48,176 nt of DNA, taken from the IMG/VR virus record IMGVR_UViG_3300037483_000119, positions 1 through 48,176 of that record; one strand, 5' to 3'. Below the pieces are notes generated by a model that searched no databases, had not been told where the DNA came from, and worked only from the letters and a program-made list of their open reading frames with translations. Numbering within the stretch: the first letter of the stretch is position 1; every line of letters begins with the position of its first letter. A program made the position numbers and the translations under genes. Source of the stretch: a virus (Duplodnaviria; Caudoviricetes). Positions 17,286 to 27,148 of the stretch are shown here, piece after piece.

Positions 17286-17535
17286 CGGCCATCGGCCGGA
17301 TAGAGAGTAACCAGCCCTTCAAGGGGCTGGATCGATAGAGAGCAGTGAAGAGTAACCCATCAGCCCTTGAAGGCTGATGGAGTGAAGAACACTAGAGACT
17401 CTCTAACAGCTCACTACGTTCGCTGTGTGAATCAATGATTCTGTGGCCCTTCGGGTAATCATTCATTCGCCCCCGAACAACGTTCGGATTCCCACCATGC
17501 ACGAACCACCCATCATCCACTAGCAGAGAAGAGCA

Positions 17536-19396
17536 TTGGGAAACAAGAAACTCATCTCTGGGAGACCTGGTCTCGAAGCAGCGAAGAAGCAAGTGCTTCT
17601 CATGCTCCAAGAAGGTCATTCGGTCAAAGACTGCATGAAGTCGGTGAGACGATCCGACAAGACCTACGAGTCTTGGCGGTCATACGATGGAGACTTCAAG
17701 AAGCAAGTACAGCTCATTCGTGACATGAGGAAGAGCGTTCGCTCTGACATTCGTGGAGAGCATGGGGACACGTTTGAGGACTTCCGTCGCGAGTATCTCG
17801 GGATGGAGACGTTCACTCATCAGCTTCAATGGATCGATCTCATTGAGGGGAGGCCGCCACGGGACTTGCATGTTAGCCAGAAGTACGAAGAGGGAGACCC
17901 TCACTACATTCTGATTAACACTGCTCCCGAATTACGTTCACTCCAAGACGATGACTCTTTCCATTGACTATGTGACCTATCGCATCGCGAAGGATCCATC
18001 GATCCGGGTTCTCCTGGTGTCGAAGACTCAGGAGATGGCGAAGCAGTTCCTCTATGCCATCAAGCAGAGACTCACTCATCCGAGGTATTCGAAGCTTCAG
18101 ATCAACTTCGCTCCATCCGATGGGTTCAAGGGAACCTCTTCAGTATGGCAGTCGAACATGGTGTATCTCGGTGACGAGATGCGCAATGGGTCCGAGAAGG
18201 ACCCAACGATCAATGCGATTGGGATCGGTGGCCAGATCTATGGTGCCCGAGCGGACCTGATCATCTGTGATGACTGCGTGGTTCTCTCGAATGCGAATCA
18301 GTTCGAGACTCAGATCCGATGGTTGCAGCAAGAGGTAGTGACGAGGCTTGGCCCCGGCGGAAAGTTGATTGTGGCTGGTACGAGGGTGGATCCAGTAGAC
18401 CTCTACAGGGAACTAAGAAATCCCGACAGGTACGCCGATGGGCGTTCCCCATGGACCTATCTCGCACAGCCCGCTGTCCTGGAGTACGCCGAGGATCCAA
18501 GGGATTGGGTCACTCTCTGGCCTAAGAGCAATGTGCCATGGGCTGGCACTGATGACGATTGTGATGAGAACGGTCTCTATCCCCGATGGGATGGAACCCG
18601 TCTATCGACTAGACGGAAGCTCATTGACCCGAAGACATGGGCAATGGTCTACATGCAAGCGGAGACCAGCGAAGTCAGCACGTTCGATTCAAAGTCGATC
18701 CGTGCGTGTGTCAATGGGATGCGCTATTGCGGTCTCATCAGTGGTGACAATCAGAACCATCGTCGCCCAGAGGGCATGCAGGGTCTCTACATCATCTGTT
18801 CAATGGACCCGGCAATGGCCGGTGATACCGCCACGATCGTCTATGCGGTTGATCCGAAGACTCAGAAGAGATTCATCCTTGATGCCAACCGGATGACCGC
18901 ACCTTCGCCTAAGGCGATCAGGGACATCATCAAGAGTTGGACAGACAAGTACAAGCCTATGTGTTGGGTGATTGAGAAGAATGCCTTCCAGCTATTCCTA
19001 ACAAGAGATAGCGAGATCCGGGAATATCTCGCGAATAGGGGGGTCTCAATGCTGGAGCATTACACGGGTACCAATAAGCAGGATCCTGATTTCGGTGTTG
19101 CTTCCATGGCCCCGCTCTTCACTGAAGGAATGATCAGCCTTCCATCGTCTCACAATAGTGAAGGTATCAAGTCCCTCATTGAGCAGCTCATCACATGGCA
19201 ACCAAAGGTCAGAGGGAAAGATCTCAAGATGGACTTTCCCATGGCGATGTGGTTCGCAGAGACAAAGGCGAGAGAGATCGTGCATCAGTCGGTGGCTCGC
19301 AACATGAACCACCAATCATCACGGTACATGCCTCGCTATAGGAAGGAAAGACAGGGAACGATGAACCTAGACGACTACATGGCGAATAGCCGTTGA
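17536..19396 (+). CDS. terL: Terminase large subunit with N-terminal HTH-like region, interrupted by a 7-nt insertion at 17932-17938 (ORFs 17536-17967 and 17951-19396)
   Basis: Joining 17536-17931 to 17939-19396 restores ILINTAPE-HSKT (Walker A-like); Walker B ADLIICDD; nuclease motifs SMDPA, IEKN, DFPMA; upstream of portal. Confidence 0.88.
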
Positions 19397-19563
19397 CCAC
19401 CTTGGTAGGTACATGGCCATTCTGGCGTTGCCCCATGTGTGACTGGGTGATCACCATTGACCCTCGCACTGATGATGATCCTGACAGCCGTATTGAGGCT
19501 GGCAAGGGAATGCACATCAATGCCCATGTCGAATCGTTCAATACTCAGATGGAATCCATCTGA
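19393..19563 (+). CDS. 56-aa C2H2-like zinc-finger microprotein
   Basis: TTGA overlap with terminase stop; CPMC...HINAH; stop overlaps the portal start. Confidence 0.55.
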   Translation: MTTLVGTWPFWRCPMCDWVITIDPRTDDDPDSRIEAGKGMHINAHVESFNTQMESI

Positions 19564-21326
19564 TGAACATCAAGCTGATCTCGTCGAAGGTTCGTTCATT
19601 GAGAACGGCATTGAATCATCGAGACTCAGTGATGGCGGACATCTACGCGATTCGCAATGGTGACATCGAGACCGTGTTCCCTGGCATGTTCTCAGAGGAT
19701 TTCCCGAAGCCTGTCATTCAGAACTTCATCGACACGTGCGCCAAAGACACGAGTGAGCAGTTGGCCGTTCTCCCGGCATTCAACTGCAATGCATCCACGA
19801 TGGTCAGCGATGCGGCCCGTACAAGGGCCGATAAGCGCACCAAGGGTGCCAGGTACTACATAGATCATTCAAAGCTTCAGACTCAGATGTATCGCGGTGC
19901 TGATTACTACGTCTCGTATGGGACGATGCCGATCCGTATTGAAGCGGACTTCAAGGCACATTGCCCACGAATAAATCTGATCGACCCTCGCGGTACCTAT
20001 CCTGAGATTGATAGGTATGGCAAGGTGTTGTCTTTCTCCAAGGTATTCAAGTATCGGATCTGTGACCTGGTCGCATTGTATCCGGAATACGCATCGGCCA
20101 TCTCTGGCCGACAAGAGCCTTGGTCTACTGCTCAGATCGAAGTCGTCATGTATGAGGATGGCGAGAAGTCGGTGATGTTCGTTCCCGACAGAGAAGACCT
20201 GATCCTCAATACTGCGAGCAATGACTTTGGGGAATGCCCGGTAGTCGTGGCGCAGAGACCCGGCATCACTGACACTCCCCGAGGTCAGTTCGATGATGTG
20301 ATGTGGATCCAGGTTGCTCGCAACAGATTCGCGATGATGGCAATGCAAGCGGCTGAGCAAGCCGTAGAAGCTCCTCTAGCACTCCCCTACGACGTTCAAG
20401 AGATGGCGTATGGCCCAATGGCCACGCTACGTACGAACAATCCGAAAGACATTCGTAGGGTTGGGCTGGAGATCTCACCCGCCGCATTCCAAGAGGGCGC
20501 TCTACTCGACCAGGAGATGAAGAATGGTGCTCGATACCCTGGCGTTCGACAGGGCAATCTAGACGCATCAATCATTACCGGCCAAGGCGTCAAGGCATTG
20601 GAAGGTGGGTTTGATTCAGCCACTCGATCCGCCCAGGATGTATTGGCTGAAACCTTCAAAGACATGATGCGCATCTGCTTCAAGATGGATGAACACTATT
20701 GGGGCAATGAAGAGCGATCAATCCGAGGGCTATCAGATGGGGTGCCGTATGAGATCCAGTGGAAGCCTAAGAAGGACATTGCTGGAGATCACACTTGCGA
20801 TGTCACTTATGGATTCGCCGCAGGCATGGACCCGAACAGGGCGCTCGTATTTCTTCTCCAGCTTCGGGGAGATAAGGCGATCTCACGCGATCTACTCAGG
20901 CGACAGATCCCATTCGGAATCAATGTCACTCAGGAAGAGCAGCGGATTGAAGTAGAGGATCTGAGAGAAGGTCTTCTCATGTCCCTCTTGGGCTATGCCC
21001 AATCGATTCCACAGATGGCAATGCAGGGCCAAGACCCTGCCGAGGTATTGACTCGAATCTCAGACATCATCAAGGGTCGCCAGAAGGGCAAGCCGCTTGA
21101 GGATGTTGTATCGGCGGCCTTTGCTCCTGTCGAACCCCCGCCCGGTTCTGGCGGCGCTGGTCCATTGGGCGCTCCCGGCGCGGGAATGGGAGCAATGGGA
21201 GGGGCTCCTATGGGTGATCCCAATCAGATGGGAGCTCCTCCAGATCTCATGACAATGCTCTCTAGCCTTGGTGGTGGTGGAGAACCATCCACAAGTGTTT
21301 CAACCAAGCGCACGCAGCCAGTCTAA
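19563..21326 (+). CDS. Portal protein (head-to-tail connector)
   Basis: 587 aa directly after terminase; podovirus portal-like composition with Gly/Pro/Met-rich tail. Confidence 0.85.
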   Translation: MNIKLISSKVRSLRTALNHRDSVMADIYAIRNGDIETVFPGMFSEDFPKPVIQNFIDTCAKDTSEQLAVLPAFNCNASTMVSDAARTRADKRTKGARYYIDHSKLQTQMYRGADYYVSYGTMPIRIEADFKAHCPRINLIDPRGTYPEIDRYGKVLSFSKVFKYRICDLVALYPEYASAISGRQEPWSTAQIEVVMYEDGEKSVMFVPDREDLILNTASNDFGECPVVVAQRPGITDTPRGQFDDVMWIQVARNRFAMMAMQAAEQAVEAPLALPYDVQEMAYGPMATLRTNNPKDIRRVGLEISPAAFQEGALLDQEMKNGARYPGVRQGNLDASIITGQGVKALEGGFDSATRSAQDVLAETFKDMMRICFKMDEHYWGNEERSIRGLSDGVPYEIQWKPKKDIAGDHTCDVTYGFAAGMDPNRALVFLLQLRGDKAISRDLLRRQIPFGINVTQEEQRIEVEDLREGLLMSLLGYAQSIPQMAMQGQDPAEVLTRISDIIKGRQKGKPLEDVVSAAFAPVEPPPGSGGAGPLGAPGAGMGAMGGAPMGDPNQMGAPPDLMTMLSSLGGGGEPSTSVSTKRTQPV

Positions 21327-21340
21327 GAAAGAAGGAATGA

Positions 21341-21562
21341 ATGAAGAGCGAGAAGACCAAGCGGCCTAGCATTCCCAAGCCTCCCGATCAGGGTCATTGC
21401 GGATCGATGGCAGAAACCTGCCAGCATCCACGGATGTCCACCAAGGCACCGGTTGACGGAAAGAACAAGCAGGGCAAGCAGACATTCAAGGATGCATCGA
21501 TCACCAAGCCGGGCGATGGTACGCGCGGCGGCGGAAAGACTGTCAACAAGCCCGGTTTCTAA
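21341..21562 (+). CDS. Small Lys/Gly/Pro-rich virion-associated protein
   Basis: SD aagga; position after portal. Confidence 0.6.
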   Translation: MKSEKTKRPSIPKPPDQGHCGSMAETCQHPRMSTKAPVDGKNKQGKQTFKDASITKPGDGTRGGGKTVNKPGF

Positions 21563-21796
21563 ATGGAGACCGATAGCGACTATGAAGAGCAGCGCATTGT
21601 TCCAATGCAATGGTCATGGATGGTTCCCACTGCTATCGGTGTTGGAGTGCTCGGCAATGTCATTGAAGCCGTAGCAGTCGGAGTTCAAGACGTAGGGAGA
21701 ATCATTCTCTCTCACGTCGCATGGAGTGAAGAACGAAAGAGCTTCCATGAGGAAGCAGCGAAAGCAATCGAGACGATCGTGGGAGGTACGGAATAG
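21563..21796 (+). CDS. Small protein with hydrophobic segment
   Basis: Abuts the previous gene. Confidence 0.6.
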   Translation: METDSDYEEQRIVPMQWSWMVPTAIGVGVLGNVIEAVAVGVQDVGRIILSHVAWSEERKSFHEEAAKAIETIVGGTE

Positions 21797-22263
21797 CAGG
21801 CAGAGGGGGTTACCAGCGACCGGCCAACCCAGCGCCCGCATCAGGGCCAGGGCGACTCTCGCAACGGACTGATGGTGGTCCCGCACAGGCGATGCGTGAT
21901 CTCCCTGATGCTGCCTACGGGGAGCAAGCCACGTTCCGTGACGACCAGGCAGGCGCACCCATGGCTATGGGCGGCCCTGGGGGTGGAGCTCCTGGCGGTG
22001 GAGCGCCGACCGATGCCGACGCGCCGATCGTCCCCCTGGACGCCCCTACACAGCGTCCTGACGAGCCTGGACAGTCGGGGGCTTCTCTGGGTCCTGGCCT
22101 AGGTCCCGAGTCTCTCGGGCTCGTGGATCCCTCTCAGCAGCTAGAGCAAGCGGACGTTGACCGGATCAGGAATGTCCTTCCAATGCTTGAGTACATGAGC
22201 AATCTCCCCGGAGCAATGCCATCGACTCGTCAATTGGTCCGCCGACTAAAGGGCGCAATCTAA
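21793..22263 (+). CDS. Gly/Pro-rich virion protein, probably initiating at ATA
   Basis: SD GGAGGT 5 nt before ATA; adds AGRGGYQRPANPAPASGPGRLSQRTDGG to the 21892 ORF. Confidence 0.7.
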   Translation: MAGRGGYQRPANPAPASGPGRLSQRTDGGPAQAMRDLPDAAYGEQATFRDDQAGAPMAMGGPGGGAPGGGAPTDADAPIVPLDAPTQRPDEPGQSGASLGPGLGPESLGLVDPSQQLEQADVDRIRNVLPMLEYMSNLPGAMPSTRQLVRRLKGAI

Positions 22264-22264
22264 G

Positions 22265-25200
22265 TTGGCATGGGGTGCATGGGCCGACGTTGGTAAGAAC
22301 ATGTCAGGTTCACTCATGTCTCGCCTTGCCGAGACCGGTAGGGCAATGGGTGGTCTCGTCACTGGACCCATTGGTCTCATCTATGACACTGCTCGAATGG
22401 TCAACGGTATTGATGACGAGTGGGATTCCCTCAAGAACGACCTAGGAGACTTTGGAGCAGGCGCAGCAGCGCCGTTCACTCTTCTCTTGGATCCTCTCAC
22501 TCCAGTCTTCAATGCTCTCTACTGGCCATACAAGGAGGGAGTGTCTCCCGCACTCTCTACCATTGGTCTCGGATTGCAGAAGCTCAATCCGAACGTGGAT
22601 GGTGTTGGCGACTCACTCAATTGGGGTGACCCATCAAGTATCTGGGACAAGGCGCACAAGGTTTCCCCCGGCCAGGCAATCGTTCCCGGTCTCCATGCTC
22701 CTGGTCTTGACTTCCTTTGGAATCCCGCAGGCATCTTTACCAATGACTGGGGTGCCATCTTCGATGGTGACTGGGCAAGGTTCGGTCAATCGATGGAGAG
22801 AACTAGTCGAACCTGGACAAAGGAAGACCTTGAGACTCTCGACAATCAAAATGGCGGAGTCACCTGGAATGTCATCACCGGTGTCACTGACGCCGCCGCT
22901 ACTTGGTTCCTAGATCCGACGATCGTCGCCGGTAAGGCAATCAAGGTTGGTCGTGGAATCCAATGGGCAACCGACATGACTGGCATGGGGAAGAACACTA
23001 AGGTACTCAAGCACATTGGTGCGGCCAAGGGTCAACCGAACTACACAAGAGCGGACCTTCAGGCAAGTCCCGGTGACATCCTCACTCTTCCCGCCGCTGA
23101 TCGTTTCATTGACTACGTCCATACGAGTGTTCAGGCCGATCCACTCAAGGCCGAACAGACATTCAATGCGATGTTCAAGGGGAACAATCAGGCCCGAGGG
23201 CTCTCGGCTCTTCTCGTCGATGCATCGAAGGATGCCGGTAAGCCTGGAATCGTTCAGGTAATGAAGGTTGCTACTGGTGACCTTGCTGCTTGGGAGATAT
23301 TGAAAGCCGATCGTGCTGGACTTGCATTCCAGATCCAGGCGTTGGAGAACAAAACTGATCTAATCACTCAAGCACTCAAGCAGCATCGAGCCACTGGCAG
23401 TATCACGGCAACGACGCTCCATGGCCTACAGACATCGAACATTCCCGGTGCCAATCTTCCCGGTGCGGTCTATGACCCGGCACTGATGCAGCAACACCTA
23501 GACCAGTTGAACAAGGTAATCATTCCTGGGTTCAAGCAGAATGATGACTATCTGGATCGACTCGTGGGGGACGTTGCTCGACCAGTCCAAGACGTGGCAT
23601 CCACGAGCATGGGTGTCTATGGATCCATTCACAACCGGTTGCCGTTCAGTACTGGCGGGATTAACAAGTTCGCCCGCATTGATGGATCAATCCGCAAGGC
23701 GGAACGCCGTGCAAGGAAGATGGACTATTCCCCACGAGTGGCGGTCATTGATCGAGCCACTGGATACAAGGGGACTCAGACAATCAGTGCGCAGCTCCGT
23801 GCATACGATGCTGGTGTCGATCTAGGCCGTACGACCGAACCGGCAATGCCCACGATCCTCTCTCGCCATTACTACCCGAAGTCGATTCTCGCTCTTCCGG
23901 TTCGTGCATGGCGCGTATCGCAACGCGCAATGATGGATGCACGTCCACAGGGTTACGCTGATCTGAATGACTCGAATAGGGCCGCTGAGGAAGTCTCTCG
24001 CATGCTCATGAGGGTCAAGGGAATGAAACCCGACATGGTCACCAAGCATTCGGGCATTGTTGCCCGTGCTGTGGGTGAAGAGCAATTGACTCTTGCCATC
24101 AAGGCAGCAGAGAACTATGCGATCCATGTAGCTGCGATCAACTACAACATTCCCGTTGAAGGTGCTCTCGCATTCGCAGCAGGCCAGATGGTGAATCGCG
24201 ATGAGCAATGGGCCAAGTTCGCCGCATCGCGAAGCAATCCAGCCACTCAGAACTTTGGTGTACTGAACGACCAGCAAAGGCAATTGATTCGCCACCTGGG
24301 GATTGATGGCGTTCCCGAGCACATGCCATACAACTTGAAGCAGCTTGACAACAAGATGCCAATCATGGATATGGACATGGTTCAGAAGGACTTTGCCCGC
24401 AAGGGGCACATCTTCCGTTCGATGACTGGACCCACGAAAGACAACGTAATCAACTTCGCCGATTGGGGGCTTCGCTCCTGGAAGGCAAACGTGCTTCTCC
24501 GGGGTATGGGATTCCCTGTCAAGGTCCTCGCCGATGACGGCGCACGCTATTGGGCGAAGCTCGATGCAATGTCAGCGTCACCGGATAGGGGGCTCGCTAA
24601 AGCCGTATTCGGTTCCGGTGGAATGAAGGGTCTCGGGATGCTTCCCCGGAACAGTCTCGACTGGTTCCGTGGTCAGCCTGTTCATCCGACTGAGTTCCTC
24701 AAGTGGTCCAAGGCGAAGGCCAAGGGACTGCCGTATGAGAGAACCATCAAGAAGCGCAGCGGAGAGGGAACCTACCGAGTCAATGGGATTGACTTTGAGG
24801 ATCTCTTCGGCGGGATGGATACCGACCTTGTACGAATGATGTTCTCTGGCCAATGGCAAGCGATGGACGATCGTGCTCGATCTGTCCACAACATCATTCG
24901 GAACATGTCTGGGGGTGTTCGTGTCACTCCCACAGAGGACACCGTTCGCCATGTACGCGCATGGCGTGATGCATTCAACTATCAGCTCAGCCAGGATCCC
25001 ATTACTAGGCGAATCCTTCAGGGCCAGACTGACGATGAAGTCATTACCTGGTTCACGAATCAGCGTTCATTGAGGAAGAGGAACACTCATCTCGGGCGCA
25101 ATCCCGAGGAAACCGTGAAGACGGCTCGGGCTCTCGTTGACTCGTACCTCACTCCGGAACTCGATGCTATCCCCGGCATTCGCCAGAAGATCCTAGACAA

Positions 25201-27148
25201 GAAGCTCACTGCCGAAGATCTCGACCAGGTGTCGATGGCCAATCGTCCACCAGTCCATGACATCGACTTTCAGTTGAATCTGATCGGTGGAGGTCTTTCG
25301 AAGCAGCTCGGATCGATCATGGATGCCACTTACAAGATGGTCATCAATGTTCCCCATGGCGCGATGGTCTCTCATCCTCTCGCGAGGCAGCTCTACCAGT
25401 CGCGCATTCAGCAGCTCTCGACAATGATGCTTCATCAGAAGCACGGCGGAACCCTCACCGGCCAGGAGATCAATCAGATTCAGGCGAACTCTCGCCGGTA
25501 TGCATTGAAGGAAGTCGGAGAGATCGTCATGGATCTCACGGCCCAATCATCCGCTGCTCATGCGGTGCGATTCATCATGCCGTTCTTTGACGCATGGCGA
25601 GAGTCTATGCAGAAGTGGACAAAGATCTTTGTAGAGGATCCCACTCGACTCGAACGGATCGGCCTCTATAGGAATTCGTGGGGACACAACTTCACGACAG
25701 TAGACGCCAATGGCAACGTGATCGACCCTGACAATCCTGTCGATCCCGAAGGCAATGCGGTCGCTCTCCATGACCAGAAGTTCATCATGCGGCTTCCCAA
25801 GTCATTGATCAATGGAGTGCCTGGCCTTGAGCACATGGGCACGATTGCCATTCCACGTCAGACCGTTGACTTTGTTCTTCAGGGACAGCGCTGGTATGAG
25901 CCCGACTTCGGTCCAATGGTCAAGGTTCCAGTGTCCTCATTCCTCACCGACAAGCCTGAGCTTGAAGACGCCTTCAAGACATTGGGAATTCTTCCCGATG
26001 GCGCAGTCGATCCGAATACTCTCATCTTCGGTTCAACGTATAGAAACCTATACAAGGCGTGGAAGGAACCGGAGACCGACAAGGCTTACATGCAGTCGAT
26101 GCTCTACATCGCATTGGGTGAACACCAGAAGTACCTGGATAGCGGTCGTACGGATCCCGTCAACTGGGATGAAGTGAAGAGTAAGACTCGCACCCTTTGG
26201 ATGACAAAGCTCGTCGCTGGCATCGTCTCTCCCATCTCTACACAGTTCCAACCAAAGGGCCAACCACTCATTGATGAGTATCGTCGGCTGCTTGCCGACA
26301 AGGATGTCGGTCCCGAGAACGCTGATCGGGTCTTCTACGAGAAGAATCCCGAGATGTTCGTATGGGCAGCAACCATGTCCAAGAACAATGCACATCTCCC
26401 AGCATCCCAACTGGCAATGAAGCGGACCCGTCAATACCGAGACATTATCTCGAAGTATCCGGACATGGCCGGTCTCATTGTCGGGAACGTCGAAGGATCG
26501 AATGAGTTCTCTCCATCTGTCTACCAATGGCAGATGGATCACTTGATGGGATCAGGTTCCGGAAAGACCTTCCGGGCATTCCAATCAGCGAGAGACGCAT
26601 ACGATGCGGTCCAGGCCCGAGAGGGATGGGTCAAGTATCAGAAGACAGTGGATGGTCTTACCGCCACTCTCAACAGTCGTGGACTAGTGGACTTCGATGA
26701 CACCGGAGCGGAAGACCTCGCAGAGTTGAAGCGGACCTATACCGATCAACTCGCACAGGACAATCCCGTATGGGGAACGGACTTCTTCACTACGAATCAG
26801 CGCAAGGTACCTGACTTCATTGCAGCCACGAGAGAGATCATTCAAGATAAGCGACTGATCGGCGATCCCAATAGGCAGGACCTTCACGGCCTCGCCAGTT
26901 ACGTGGAGATGCGAGACGAGTTCATTGATGAACTCAAGAAGCGCAAGGACCAGGGCGGCTCTGCCGACATCACGGCTCAAAGCAATGCGGATCTCTACCT
27001 TGAGTGGAAGCACAGCGTTGGTCAATTGAGCGAATCCAACACTCAGTTCTCCACAATCTATCAGCGTTACCTTGAAAGGGATGGTCTTCAGGAGGCAGCT
27101 TTCCGGAATGACGCTCCCCTTGTCATTCCGAGTGATGTGAGAATCTAA
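22265..27148 (+). CDS. Large (1627 aa) internal virion / DNA ejection-type protein
   Basis: Size and position in a podovirus-like structural operon; no tape-measure-type repeats noticed. Confidence 0.7.
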   Translation: MAWGAWADVGKNMSGSLMSRLAETGRAMGGLVTGPIGLIYDTARMVNGIDDEWDSLKNDLGDFGAGAAAPFTLLLDPLTPVFNALYWPYKEGVSPALSTIGLGLQKLNPNVDGVGDSLNWGDPSSIWDKAHKVSPGQAIVPGLHAPGLDFLWNPAGIFTNDWGAIFDGDWARFGQSMERTSRTWTKEDLETLDNQNGGVTWNVITGVTDAAATWFLDPTIVAGKAIKVGRGIQWATDMTGMGKNTKVLKHIGAAKGQPNYTRADLQASPGDILTLPAADRFIDYVHTSVQADPLKAEQTFNAMFKGNNQARGLSALLVDASKDAGKPGIVQVMKVATGDLAAWEILKADRAGLAFQIQALENKTDLITQALKQHRATGSITATTLHGLQTSNIPGANLPGAVYDPALMQQHLDQLNKVIIPGFKQNDDYLDRLVGDVARPVQDVASTSMGVYGSIHNRLPFSTGGINKFARIDGSIRKAERRARKMDYSPRVAVIDRATGYKGTQTISAQLRAYDAGVDLGRTTEPAMPTILSRHYYPKSILALPVRAWRVSQRAMMDARPQGYADLNDSNRAAEEVSRMLMRVKGMKPDMVTKHSGIVARAVGEEQLTLAIKAAENYAIHVAAINYNIPVEGALAFAAGQMVNRDEQWAKFAASRSNPATQNFGVLNDQQRQLIRHLGIDGVPEHMPYNLKQLDNKMPIMDMDMVQKDFARKGHIFRSMTGPTKDNVINFADWGLRSWKANVLLRGMGFPVKVLADDGARYWAKLDAMSASPDRGLAKAVFGSGGMKGLGMLPRNSLDWFRGQPVHPTEFLKWSKAKAKGLPYERTIKKRSGEGTYRVNGIDFEDLFGGMDTDLVRMMFSGQWQAMDDRARSVHNIIRNMSGGVRVTPTEDTVRHVRAWRDAFNYQLSQDPITRRILQGQTDDEVITWFTNQRSLRKRNTHLGRNPEETVKTARALVDSYLTPELDAIPGIRQKILDKKLTAEDLDQVSMANRPPVHDIDFQLNLIGGGLSKQLGSIMDATYKMVINVPHGAMVSHPLARQLYQSRIQQLSTMMLHQKHGGTLTGQEINQIQANSRRYALKEVGEIVMDLTAQSSAAHAVRFIMPFFDAWRESMQKWTKIFVEDPTRLERIGLYRNSWGHNFTTVDANGNVIDPDNPVDPEGNAVALHDQKFIMRLPKSLINGVPGLEHMGTIAIPRQTVDFVLQGQRWYEPDFGPMVKVPVSSFLTDKPELEDAFKTLGILPDGAVDPNTLIFGSTYRNLYKAWKEPETDKAYMQSMLYIALGEHQKYLDSGRTDPVNWDEVKSKTRTLWMTKLVAGIVSPISTQFQPKGQPLIDEYRRLLADKDVGPENADRVFYEKNPEMFVWAATMSKNNAHLPASQLAMKRTRQYRDIISKYPDMAGLIVGNVEGSNEFSPSVYQWQMDHLMGSGSGKTFRAFQSARDAYDAVQAREGWVKYQKTVDGLTATLNSRGLVDFDDTGAEDLAELKRTYTDQLAQDNPVWGTDFFTTNQRKVPDFIAATREIIQDKRLIGDPNRQDLHGLASYVEMRDEFIDELKKRKDQGGSADITAQSNADLYLEWKHSVGQLSESNTQFSTIYQRYLERDGLQEAAFRNDAPLVIPSDVRI

